Shown: positions 27,624-40,500 of the stretch, piece by piece
How positions within the stretch are numbered: position 1 is the stretch's first letter
How the letters are laid out: each line of letters opens with the position of its first letter
NCBI GenBank assembly: GCA_964016885.1
Contig: OZ024746.1
Span: forward strand, 64,480,001-64,544,000
DNA length: 64,000 bases
Direction: 5' to 3'
Source: Eledone cirrhosa
Taxonomy: Eukaryota
Position numbers and translations under genes: made by a program
The notes under the pieces: model-generated
The model's input: the letters and a program-made list of their open reading frames with translations, nothing else
What the model was told of the DNA's origin: nothing
Database searches by the model: none

Positions 27624-28302
27624 TATATATATATATAATGTATGAGAGAGAGAGAAGTGTATTCCACACATTTTCTTTCTCTGTTTACTATCATCTTCCT
27701 AGAGTCTGTCTGAATTATGTTTCTTCAGCAGAGCATTTATTACAACTATTATCTTCCAGCAAACCATATATCACAGTTATAGTCCTTCAATATCTTAGTA
27801 GTGGTCCTTTAAAGCCTTCAACAAAGGTTGATTTAATAGAGTATACATAAAAGCTTATAAATATTTACAGTGCATATATTTCAATATACTGTAAATTGAG
27901 AATCTGAACAAAGTATGCTGGCTTAATTCCATGATTCAGAGCTGTAAGGATTCAATTAAAATTGACTTACAATTTAATAGAAATCTCATATATCAGGTAA
28001 ATTATGAGCATCTTGATGAAAGTACTGTTTCAAGACATTGTCTCTTTGGAAAACCTGATAGATGTGATAAAATATTTTATTAAAAGAATACCAATTATAA
28101 AGTTATTGTCATAAAACTAGATTTTGGCTAAGAATTGAATTGTGAATGAGAAATTGATTTGAAAATTTTAAGAAAGTTCTTTAACCTGTTGACTGCTGTG
28201 TATATTTTACACAGCTACAGTTGCTGTGCCGGTTTTTCCCCTCAGTAAAATGACTATTTTGATTGACAAACGTCACATCAATAAACTAGTAACCCCATCT
28301 AG

Positions 28303-28530
28303 CTTTGAAGTTATGAACTGTTTGAAACAAGTTTATAACTTTGAAGTTAGGAACTGTTGGAAATGAGTTCATAACTTTGAAGTTCGGAACTGTTGGAAAT
28401 GAGTTTATAACTTTGAAGTTCGGAACTGTTGGAAATGAGTTTATAACTTTGAAGTTCGGAACTGTTGGAAATGAGTTTATAACTTTGAAGTTCGGAACTG
28501 TTGGAAATGAGTTCATAACTTTGAAGTTAT
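28303..28530. repeat. 36-bp tandem repeat, about 6 copies
   Basis: Unit ataactttgaagttcggaactgttggaaatgagttt, contiguous with no spacers. Confidence 0.95.
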
Positions 28531-31426
28531 GAAATAGGACGAGTTATCTCATACATATTATGTTGAGTTATTTCATCTGCGACACTGAAGAGGTTAAACA
28601 AAATTGTTTTGTAACGTTATTGTATATTGTTAGGGTTTTGGTTCCAGATCACTTGAAGAATTTTGGCAACTTTGGCAACAGTCAAAATATTTAAGCTGAT
28701 ATAGTCCGCTAGGGAGACTGAAACTTACTATTGAAAGAATTTCTTTATTTATAGTAGAATGAAATGTGCATTGATATGCATGTGCCATCTGTTTGTACAT
28801 GTGTAGAGATGCCTAAAATATGTTTGTATTAAAATCTGTGTGTATCTATTTGTGGCAGATATAGCTTTTTATTATATGGAATTCGGGAATTTAATAGATT
28901 AATTTACTATATACTATATATTAAATAAGTGAATGCATGCAGAAACCTTTAAGTAGCCACTTGACCTGCTAGAAATAACAGCCAAATGTCCCTTAAAGCA
29001 TACACTACCATCTTAATTGATAATGTACTCCAGACAACACTGCCTGGAAAAAGTATGCTATGTTCATGACTGGAGTGGTCTGCTTAAACAGCTTTGGCCT
29101 AGGTTTAAACTGTAGCATATTAAAGAGGCATTGATGAGTTAAAGATGTTTTGGCTGATTGACAAAATGTAACTAGCATCAGAATATATAATGCAAAGAGT
29201 CGAATCCATGGCAGCATGGAAAACAAACATTAAATGATAATGATGAAGAGAGTATTAAAAGGTTAAAAAATAATCAAATATACAGTGAGAAACCAATATT
29301 GATTAATAACTAAAATCATTTTTATTTCCTTATAAATAATTTTTTCTAACATTGGCAAAAGGCCAGCAATTTAGAGAAGAGGAAAGTCGATTATCAGCTC
29401 CAGTATTTAACTGGTGCTTTATTTTATTGCCTTCAGAAGGATGAAAGGCAAAGTTGACATTGGTGGGATTTGAACTTAGAATGTAGAAAATGGTAACTAA
29501 ATACTGCAAAGCATCTTCTTTGATATTCTACTGATTCTACCAATCTATGGACCTTTTTATGGTAGATAATACTTTGTAATGTACACTCTGTAAAGTGATT
29601 AGTGTTAAGAAGAGCATCCAACTATATAAACCATGCCAAAATATGAAATGTATGAACAAAATGTGGTTATCCAGCCTATCAAGTTTTGAACTGTGACAAC
29701 CTGTCAAACCCATGCCAGTATGGAAAATAAACATAAAATAATGATGATGGTGAGACATATTTCTACCTTAGTCTGACTTCACCAACAAAAAAAGTCATTG
29801 TGAACAAATCACTAAGTAAATACAAATATTTATTGACATACAAAAATAGAATTATTTAGGGACTGTTGGTGAACTGCTGGAATTGATACACCATCAGATG
29901 GTATTTTTTTCTGACTTTTTATATTCTGAGTATAAATTCTGCTGTGGGTAACTTGGGTACTAGACATAATCTGTCCTCCAGTCTAACATGCTTGGGTGCT
30001 TTTAACAATGTCCACTGTTGCAAGTCCCTCCTGATTAAATGATACAAATAATTCAATTATAAACAATAGGTAATTTTGAAACTGATTTTCCTTTGATCAC
30101 ATATGATGAGAAACAACATGTATTGTGATTTGTTGTTGTTTAATCTTAGGTTAGTACTGACTGTACAGACCTATAGTGAAAGGCATTTCAACTGTAACCA
30201 TCTCATCGTTTTTTCTAGTATTACATTATTCAGTGTTTCCTTCCTTTCCAAAGATAGTAAGATGAGATTCAAAGGGGATTTTGGTGCTGTTTGTAGCAGG
30301 TTAAACAGCCAAACAACCATGAAGATACTCTTTTACACAACATGGTAAAACAGCTTAGATATTTTTTAATGCTGTTATATTAATTAGGAGCTTAGTTCAT
30401 AAATTTTTGATCATCCACCACAAAGTTAAATTAATTGTCTATAATGAATCTAATTGGTTAAATTGTATTTGTTCTTTCATCTGATTTGTTTTCTTCTCAT
30501 TTTGGTTGTAACCTTTATTGGAATCAACTAATAATAGCAAAACAAATACTTTTCAATTTCATAGTTAATTTCAATAATAGATTTCTTAGTCTGTTTTTAA
30601 TTAAAACCTTTGTACTGTATTTCAAAATGAAGATTTTCCCATTAATTAGATAGGCTATTATTAAGTAAGATTGTTTTTCTAATAGTTTTATGTTTAGTAA
30701 TCTGTGAAGCTGTACACTATTGGGTGAGCCGTTTCTGAAAATTTTTATATTTTGCATATATGTTGCATATTACTTTCTCATAAATTTTATCTGAATTTCT
30801 GAAATGTGAAATAATAATTATTATATACTGATTTATTCAGACTGGTGAATAAATCAGTGTATAATAATAGTCTCTTCTAGTCACCATTCATCTGTGAAGT
30901 CACAGCCAGGTATTCTTAAATAAGTTATTTCTTTTTCTTAGCAATACAGTACAATGGCATAACACATTTGGAGTTAATGATCTTGCAATTGTAAACTCAA
31001 CAGCTTAACTTGTGCTTCAGTAGATCTGTATTTTATACCCTTTAGAATATGCTCTAACTATATATACTAACTGATCTTTAGTCAGATGTAAATTCTCTTT
31101 TAAAAGAAATTTACTTACAATCATCATACTTTGATTTTATTCAGTTCCACGAAGAATTGATTCCAAATATTTATTATTTTTTCTCTCTTTGGTCCAAAAA
31201 GCAGCCATTGTTCACAATAAAAAAATGTATGTATGTAGTAGGATATTATGATAGCTATTAGATTAGGGTTGGTAGACTTTCCTAGAAAAAGCTGCAATAG
31301 ATAAAAGCTTCTTTTGTTGTAGTTTGAGCTACCTTTATTTACCAACAAAGACCATTTTTCTTTTTAAAATCATTTTCAATTTAATAATGTATTTTTAAAA
31401 TTCTTATTCCTCTCTTTTATTGACAG

Positions 31427-31465
31427 GTTGATCCAAAAGCTTGTAACCCTCGCACAGCAAACAAG
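31427..31465 (+). CDS. DAZAP1: Internal coding exon (39 nt, phase 0-0) of a DAZAP1/Hrb27C(hrp48)-like two-RRM hnRNP; end of RRM1 plus linker
   Basis: Strong acceptor ttcttattcctctcttttattgacag and donor AAG|gtaata. Translation VDPKACNPRTANK resembles Hrp48 IDPKPCNPRTLQK and DAZAP1 IDPKPCTPR as recalled, and DAZAP1 has an exon starting at this residue. Neighbouring exons were not found in the window. Confidence 0.72.
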
Positions 31466-32652
31466 GTAATATTGTTGTTTTATTGAATATTGAAAATAAT
31501 ACAAATTAAGAGAAAAAAAAGATTGATACAGACAGTATTGACATTCAAATAAAGTTGTAGCAGTAAAAGCACTTTTGTAAGAGTTTAGATATTGTGAGTG
31601 AATGATTACTATGCTCAAATATTGATCAGAAGACCACAGCCTTGACATCAGCATTGTGGTGTACCATTCCATTTCCAAGTCAAATGATTGGTGTTACAAA
31701 CATGTGCACTTGCTGAATCCTCTTAGCCTATGTATTTTGATAAGTTCTTAATAATTTATTATTGATTTAGTATTTTAAAAAAAATCACGTTTGCTGATAT
31801 AAATGAAATATTGATTGAAATTGAAAATAAGCTTCTTTATCATCAAAAGAAAGTTTATTAAACGGTATATAATATAATATAATATAATATATCTGACTTG
31901 TGCCACTTGAGACACTGCATCCTTTAAAATCTCCATGCTTCCTGAGATTCGCCAACACTATACCTGATATCTCCCCTCCATACACACGCACACATGTATT
32001 TCATGACTTGCACCTGAGCATTGTATACAATAATTTCATTATTATTATTATAATATACATCCAGTACACTTTGTGAAGTGTTTGATATTAGGAAGGGCAT
32101 CCAGCTGTAAAAGCCATGCCAAAAGGGTTGAGAAGGCTCTTCATCCTCATTTGTGCTGATGAGGTTGGCTTTAGGAAAAACATCCAGCTGTAGAAACCAT
32201 GCCAAAACTGTTGAGCGATCTTCATCTATATCAAGAACATGGCATCCAGCTATAGAAATCATGTAAAAAATAAGCATGGCCTCCAACCCATCTAGGAGAA
32301 TAACATCTCTGATTAAGCACTGGCCTTCTTCATAATGATCCATCCAACCCATACAAGTGTGGAAAACATGTAAAATTATGATGATAATGACAAATGTAAC
32401 ATAATACATAACAAAGCAAATGGATAGCAACAATAAAAATGTGTCAGAAAAAAAAGTAAAGATATGTACACACCCTTAGAGATGGAGTTTTTGTCTGCCA
32501 ATTGCATGGATAATCTCAGTTAATTGAAGTTTATTAATTCAGTATACTACATATATGCAAAAAAAAAAAATGAAGTTTGATATATACTTTGGTTTTACAA
32601 TTTCAGTTAGCTTTATAATATTTTTAGCATTTTATTATTTACACATAAATAA

Positions 32653-33100
32653 GGGCAGTGGATTGGCAGTATCAGTAGAGGGTCGAACGCCATGCTTTGC
32701 AGCATAGAGTTATGGCCCTTTATGATCTGAGTTCAAATCTAGCTGAGGTTAACTTTGCCTTTCATCCTTACGGGGTCGATGAAATAAAGTACCAGTCACG
32801 TACTGGGGTCGATTTAATCGACTTTCCCCTACCCCCAAAATTGCTGGCCTTGTGCCTATATAAGAAACCATTATCTACACATAAATAATGGTTTCTTATA
32901 TAGGCACAAGGCATGGCTGTGGATTGGCAGTATCGGTAGGTCGGACGCCATGCTTTGCAGCATAGTGTTACGGCCCTTTACAGTCTGAGTTCAATTCCTG
33001 CCGAGGTCAACTTTGCCTTTCATCCTTACGGGGTCGATAAAATAAAGTACCAGTAATGCACTGGGTAATTGCTGGCCTTGTGCCAAATGTAGAAACAATT
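32653..33100 (+). mobile_element. Two SINE family A copies (long and short forms) with an inverted tail fragment between them
   Basis: Heads at 32653 and about 32915. The target-like motif tacacataaata occurs three times. Confidence 0.88.
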
Positions 33101-33139
33101 ATTTACACATAAATACACACACACACATAAATATGTGTC

Positions 33140-33397
33140 TGCTCATGAAACTAAAGTGCAAGCAGCTGAGTATTCCATAGACATGTGTACCCTTAACATA
33201 ATTCTCAGGGAGATTCAGTGGGACATGGAATGTGACAAGTCTTGCCCTTCGAATTACAGGTACAACTGATTTTTTTCTAGCTGAGTTGACTGGAACAACA
33301 TGAAATAAAGTGTCTTGCTTAAGGACACAACACACCGTTGGGAATCAAACACATGACCTTACAATTGTGGGCTGAATGCCTTTACCACAAAGCCACA
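33140..33397 (-). mobile_element. Older CORE-type SINE (related copies at about 9140-9427, 15225-15515 and 61110-61340)
   Basis: Shared body ctgagtattccacagacatgtgtacccttaac..ggagattcag..tgtgacaagg. Most copies also carry gaaataaagtgtcttgct..aggacaca and a tRNA-like head. Confidence 0.7.
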
Positions 33398-33584
33398 TTC
33401 TAATGAAGAGGAAGAAAAGTACTGAAAACATAGTGTTGACTGTAATATTTATTTGGTTGATGGCTTCAGCTATTACTTCAAATTTCAGTAATGTCCAGTT
33501 AAACAACATCTGCCTAGAATATTGTAGACTAGCAGAGTTGACAGATTGATTGAGCATTTGCTAAAGTGGAAGTAATGGCAGAAG

Positions 33585-33797
33585 TCATCACCGCCACCAT
33601 TATCATCACCACCATCATCATCACCACCATTATCATCATCACCACCATTGTCACCATCATCACCATCACCACTATCGTCACCATCACCACCATCATCACC
33701 ATCATGATCATCACCACCTTTATCACCATCATCACCACCTTTATCACCATCATCATCACCACCATTATCATTATCACCACCATCACCATCATCATCA
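33585..33797. repeat. (CAT/CAC)n compound microsatellite
   Basis: Seen directly. Confidence 0.9.
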
Positions 33798-33980
33798 TAC
33801 ACATTTTTTCCCTACTTGTGTAAGGTGGACAAGATAATTTCTGTGGCAGGTTTTTTTTCCATAGATTGCTGTTCTCCTTGATGCCATATCTTACATATGT
33901 GTGTGTGACAGCTCACACCTATGTAGGTTTAGCTGGCCTCCTCCAAGGTATATCTCGTTGGAGGTGTCTTGGGTAATTTA

Positions 33981-34142
33981 ATGATAGGGACCCCAGTCCT
34001 ATCATCTCATTTTTACAGCTGAGTAAACTGGACAACGTGAAATAAAGTGTCTTGCTCAATGAAACAACACATCATCCGGTCCGAGAATTACTCACAACCT
34101 TTCGATTGCAAGCCCAATGCTTTAACCACTAAGCCCTGTGCC
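33981..34142 (-). mobile_element. SINE family B head, CORE and hairpin without the RTE tail
   Basis: Matches 35700-35862, but the downstream sequence differs. Confidence 0.75.
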
Positions 34143-34199
34143 TTCACATATTGTACATATGGTATATATATCTTACATATGGTATATATATCTATCTAT

Positions 34200-34318
34200 C
34201 TAGGGTGGATAAAATTCCCGAGATCCATGGACGATTTCTCTCCAGCAGTCTGTCCTTCATCATCGCCGCCATGTCTTGCGTCTCCCAGACACCAGTGTCT
34301 GTCCTTAGGGTATATATA
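34200..34318 (-). mobile_element. 3' fragment of a third RTE/RTEX-like LINE
   Basis: The minus strand reads YTLRTDTGVWETQDMAAMMKDRLL, resembling the RTE C-terminal D-R-x-x-W region. Confidence 0.5.
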
Positions 34319-35152
34319 ACACCGATATGTCACATTACTATACTGTAGGACATATTGTTTATGGAGGACATAACAAACTATCACCACAAGCTTCATACAT
34401 GGTGTCAATCTGATGTTTGCGTTGACTGTCTTGCATGTGCATACACATGGACATGCAACCCGCATATACATGATTATAGTTTCTATCTACTAAATTCACT
34501 CAAAAGGCATTGGTTGGCCTGGAGCTATAGTAGAAGACATTTGCCCAAGGTGGCACAGAGTAGAACTGAACTTGAAACCACGTGGTTCTTAAGTGAACTT
34601 CTTAACCACACAGTCATACCTGTACACACACTCATACCTGTACACACACTCACACACAGGTGTGTGGATGTATTCGTATGCATGTATGTATATGTGTGTG
34701 TATTTGTGGGTATATATATGTTAAAACAATGAAATAAAAATTGAAGTCATTAGGAAAATACTTCATATACATACGCCATTGGGACGTAGCTGGTATGATG
34801 TGTGTAATTTTAGTGGATACAGCACATGTTACTGGCCAGTTGCTGATTTGAACTTGATGCGTAAACACAGATGGTTGGACCTCTTCCTTGTTAAAAATCC
34901 AGGACCTGGCTACTGTCGTTTACCAATCGATTAATTGGTGAAATATTTTTCTTTAATGGAATATATATGAGGAAGATTAATCAAATTATAAGGTATCTAA
35001 TTTTGAAGTTCTAGTTAAATTTTATTTAGTTACCTACCAGCTATGTATGCTTACACACTTTTACAAATTATCCCGTGATTGTTTCATATGTTTAATTATA
35101 TGTCAATCAATTTCTAGTTGATATACATACATAATATATATTTATATAATAT

Positions 35153-35422
35153 CCGAAATAAATGAGGTCGTGTAGGTGTCACGAAAAAAAAACACACAGT
35201 CCATGCTATAATCTGGCCGTGTAGGTAACACGGTAAAAACCTCCCAGTCCACACTGTAAACGTGGTTGGTGTTAGGAAGGGCATCCAGCTGTAGAAAACC
35301 CGCCAGACAGTCCTATACGAGCAAGACAACCAATCTTGCCTCAAGTGGGAAAACTCCCGTCCAAACCCATGCAAGCGTGGAAGATGGACGTTAAACGATG
35401 ATGACGATGATGATGATGATGA
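35153..35422 (+). mobile_element. Isolated RTE family B-related 3' UTR and tail
   Basis: Close reverse complement of 25030-25277, ending ggacgttaaacgatgatgacgatgatg. Confidence 0.85.
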
Positions 35423-35526
35423 TAATATATATAATATATATATATCATTAAATTACTGTTGGCTTCTTGCTCACATTAATTTCTCTATTTTCATTTATAA
35501 TATATATATATATATATATGTATATA

Positions 35527-35979
<453 letters not shown>

Positions 35980-36249
35980 CGTCATCATCATTATACATAT
36001 TTTTCCATGCTTGCACGGGTTGAACAGGTTGACACGCTATATGACAAATCAGGTCCAGAAACCATGTCTTTCTGATACAGATGTGTACTTCGGTTTGGCT
36101 TTTACAGCTGGATGCCCTTCTTAAAACCCACAATGTTACACATATTTGTGCATATAATGTTATATATATAACATTATATGCACACATGTGCTTGAGTATG
36201 TGCATATATAAATATGTATATCATCATCATTATCATCATCCAGACTGAT

Positions 36250-36352
36250 TTGGTAGACGTCTACTGTAACTGGCAACAGAGTGTGTGAATTACCAGTTCC
36301 GTGAACCAGGGTGTGGTAACACTGCTGAGAAAAGATGACAATGAAGGAGACA
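36250..36352 (+). mobile_element. Tx1/L1-like RT fragment
   Basis: LVDVYCNWQQSV*ITSSVNQGVVTLLRKDDNEGD resembles the pre-RT GVITLL.K motif of L1/Tx1 ORF2. Confidence 0.55.
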
Positions 36353-36414
36353 CACCTACACAATTTTGCCGAGGTTACCTTTGCCTTTCATCCTTACAGG
36401 GTCGAAAACATGAA

Positions 36415-37085
36415 GGTTGGTGGATTAACAGTAATGGTAGAGTGTCAGACACCATGCTTTGCGGCACGGAGTTACAGCCCTTTACGTTCTGAGTTCAAAT
36501 CCCACCGAGGTTAGCTTTACCTTTTATGCTTACGAGGCAATGCAATAAAGGTCGGTAGATAGGCAGTAAAGGTAGTGTCAGACACCCTGCTTCGCGACGT
36601 GGAGTTGCGGCCCTTTACGTTCTGAGTTCAAATCCCGCCGAGGTTAGCTTTACCTTTTATGCTTACGGGGCAATGCAATAACGGTCGGTAGATAGGCAGT
36701 AAAGGTAGTGTCAGACACCCTGCTTCGCGACATGGAGTTGCGGCCCTTTACGTTCTGAGTTCAAATCCCGCCGAGGTTAGCTTTACCTTTTATGCTTACG
36801 GGGCAATGCAATAAAGGTTGGTAGATAGGCAGTAAAGGTAGTGTCAGACACCCTTCTTCGCGACATGGAGTTGCGGCACTTTACGTTCTGAGTTCAAATC
36901 GCGCCGACGTTAGCTTTGCCTTTCATCCTTATGGGGTTGATAAGATAAGGCACCACTAATATACATAGCCAATTTCAATCACACCTGTAAAGAATGTCAT
37001 ATGCAATTTCAATATAATTGATTTAATTGACTTTCTCCTCCTCTTCAAATTGCTGGCCTTGTGCCTAAAATAGAAACCATTATTA
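36415..37085 (+). repeat. Tandem array of 133-bp SINE family A heads ending in one complete body and tail
   Basis: ggt(c/t)ggtagataggcag recurs at 36550, 36683 and 36816, each unit carrying gagttcaaatc. Confidence 0.9.
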
Positions 37086-37573
37086 TTATTGTTATTATTA
37101 AAGAAACCATTATTATTTATTTGACGATTTTGAAGAATGAATAAAGGTCAAATATAGAACTTCTTGTAATTTGTTATTTTGCTCCATTTTCCAATAGTTT
37201 TCTTGAAAAACTTTCAACAATCATATTGAAATTGCTTATAATATTCTTTACAGGTGTGATTGAAATTGAGTATGTACATTTATATGTGTAATAGATGGAT
37301 ATATAAATAGATTGACAGAGAAAGAGGGAGGTGAGAGAGAGACAGTGGCAGAGGTTGAGAGGGAATGGGTGAAAGTGAGATTGATCTAAATTGATAGAAA
37401 ATGATAGATAAATAAATTGAAAATATATGAGAAGTGAGAACCATACATACATATATATATATGTGTGCGTGTGTGTGAGTATATATATATATACACATAC
37501 ACATACATGATATATACACATGATATATATATATACATACATGATATATACACATGATATATATATATATATA

Positions 37574-40500
37574 TGGATGGATGAGCTGGGAATACACGAG
37601 CAACTCTGAATCAATAGATGAAATATGAATCTGCGAGCTACCAAGCACCCACGTGAAGCGCCAACCCAGAGACCCTCCCCTACGAGTGTCGACAAATGCC
37701 CAAAACTCCGAGTTGGTACCATCAATGTAGGCTCAATGAAAGGAAGAGCAGGAGAAATCGTAGAAATGCTAGAGCGAAAGGAAGTTGATGTATGCTGTGT
37801 GCAAGAGACTAGATGGAGAGGAGGGTCTGCTAGAGTCCTTGTAGGAAAAAGCCAGTGCTACAAATTTTTCTGGGTGGGAAATGACGATGGGATGGGTGGT
37901 GTAGGTATACTATTAGCTGACAAGTGGGTAGATAAAGTAATCTCAGTGTACAGGGTAAATGCAAGAATCATTAAACTCAGACTAGTCCTGAATAAGACAA
38001 TTACCACAATAATATCAGCTTACGCACCCCAATCGGGGCTGCCAGACGAACTTAAGGATAGGTTTTACGAGTCCCTAATACACACTACTGCTCTAACAGA
38101 CGACAAGGACTTCCTAATCATTGCAGGAGATTTTAACGGACACGTAGGTAAACACTGCGACGGCTTCAATAGAGTACATGGAGGCCATGGAGTTGGCACA
38201 AGGAATGAGGAAGGATTCAGACTTCTAGAATTCTGCGACGCCAATGACATGTCGATATGTAACACAAACTTTAAAAAACCCGACAACCACCTGATCACCT
38301 ATAGATCAGGGGAGCACTCTAGTCAGTTAGATTTTATCCTCATCAGAGGACGTGACAGATGGACGGTCGTAAACACAAAAGCCTTCCCTAGTGAGGAATG
38401 TACATCCCAACATAGCTTAGTTGTCAGCGACCTCACGGTCAGAACTAGACGAGCCCTGAAACAGAGGCCAACCTGGAGAAGAAAGATCTGGAAGCTGAAA
38501 GTCCCCTCAACCAGTAACAGATTTAAAGATATTTTACTCAACGCCTACGACAGTAAAGAAGAACAGATAGAGACATTTAACGTAGAAGAGAACTGGGAGT
38601 TCCTAAAAAATAACTTACTAGAGGCGACGGATGAGGTTTGTGGCTGGAGTAAGACCTCAAGCAGGAGGAGAGTGACTTGGTGGTGGAACAATAAGGTAGA
38701 TGAAGCAGTCAAGGCCAAGAGACAGGCATGGAAAGAATGGAAGAACGGGGGGAGCAGGGTACATTACATAGAGACCAAGAGGGAAGCTAGGCGACAAGTA
38801 TACTTAGCTAGGAGGGAAGCAGAGGATAGAAAATTCAAGCATGTTTTACAACGTGAGGACCAGAAACAGGAGGTATTCAAGATTGCGAGGCAGTGTGTCA
38901 GAGATAGTTGTGATGTCATTGGAGAGAAGTGTATCCGGAATGATAAAGGTGAGCTTGCCCTCACAAGTGCTGAGAAGAAAGATGCATGGAAGAGTCATTA
39001 TGATAGATTACTAAATGAGGAGAATGCATGGGAAGAAGAGACCCTACCCCACGTAGACCCTATAGAGGGACCAGCAGTACAAGTCAGCGGCAGCGTAGTA
39101 AGTAAGGCAATCAGAGATATGAAGATAGGGAAGGCAACCGGTCCATCGGGTATAGCTGCCGAGATGCTGAAGGCATCTGGGTCTGTAGGTCACACTATAA
39201 CCACACGTATCGTTAACCAGGTAATACTAGAGGGGGCCATACCAAAAGATTGGTGCAGTAGCATCATTGTCAACTGCTACAAAGGTAAAGGCGATGCACT
39301 AGATAGAGGAAACTATAGAGGTATAAAGTTGATGGACCAGGTCATGAAAGTAACAGAAAGAGTTATAGCACAGCTGATTAGGGACCGGGTGAATATAGAC
39401 GAGATGCAATTTGGGTTTGTTCCAGGGAAAGGCACCACTGATGCGCTCTTCCTTGTGAGGCAATTACAGGAAAAGTACCTAGCTAAAAGTAAGCCACTCT
39501 ACTTGGCATTTGTCGACCTTGAGAAAGCCTTTGACAGAGTTCCACGTGCAGTAATCTGGTGGGCTCTTAGAAAACTAGGAGTAGATGAATGGCTTGTGAA
39601 AGCGGTACAAGCCATGTATAGGGGAGCAGTCAGCAAAGTTAGGATTGGCAATGAGTATAGCGAGGAATTTAGCGTACAGGTTGGGGTCCACCAGGGCTCT
39701 GTTCTTAGCCCTCTCCTGTTCATCATAGTCCTGCAGGCAATAACGGAGGAGTTTAAGACCGGATGCCCATGGGAACTCCTGTATGCTGATGACCTCGCAC
39801 TCATAGCTGAATCTATGGTAGAACTAGAGAATAAATTCCAAACCTGGAAGCAGGGACTAGAGAGAAAGGGCCTCAAAGTCAACATGACAAAGACTAAGGT
39901 CCTTATAAGTAGACGAGAAAACAGAACCCAGATCCCCTCAGGGAAATGGCCTTGCTCAGTATGTAGGAAAGGTGTAGGTAGGAACTCCATTCTTTGCCCC
40001 AAATGCAAACAATGGGTACACAAGAGATGTAGCGGGATCTCAGGAAGCTTAATTAAGAATGTAGGATTCACATGCAGCAGCTGTGCTGAAACAGCAAGCA
40101 AACAGCCACAGGAAACAAGTACCACCAATCTCTGGGAGGGCCCTGTAGAAACAGTAGACAGCTTCTGCTACCTAGGTGACCGAATTAGCAACGGAGGTGG
40201 GTGCTCAGAAAGTACAATAACTAGGGTAAGAACGGGATGGAAGAAGTTTAGGGAACTACTACCACTGCTAGCTGCAAAAGGCTTCTCCCTCAGAATGAAA
40301 GGCAGACTGTATGATGCGTGTATCCGAACAGCGATGTTGCATGGTAGTGAGACCTGGGCGCTGAAGGTGGAAGACTTACGTAGATTAGAGAGAAACGAAG
40401 CCTGCATGCTCCGATGGATGTGTAACAGTAATATACGTGAACGACAAAGCATAAATGAATTGAGAGAGAGACTGAGCATAAGAGGAATCAAATGATGCGT

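Noticed and set aside
27015-27671. YI/CV/HT-rich ORFs here and at about 41000, 42800, 46700 and 52900
   Set aside because: Translations of (TA)n and (CA)n microsatellites.
28303-28530. 36-bp repeats as a CRISPR array
   Set aside because: Units are contiguous with no unique spacers, there are no cas genes, and the context is eukaryotic.
34775-34930. Possible minus-strand exon ending at gtatgt
   Set aside because: No recognisable peptide and no convincing acceptor.
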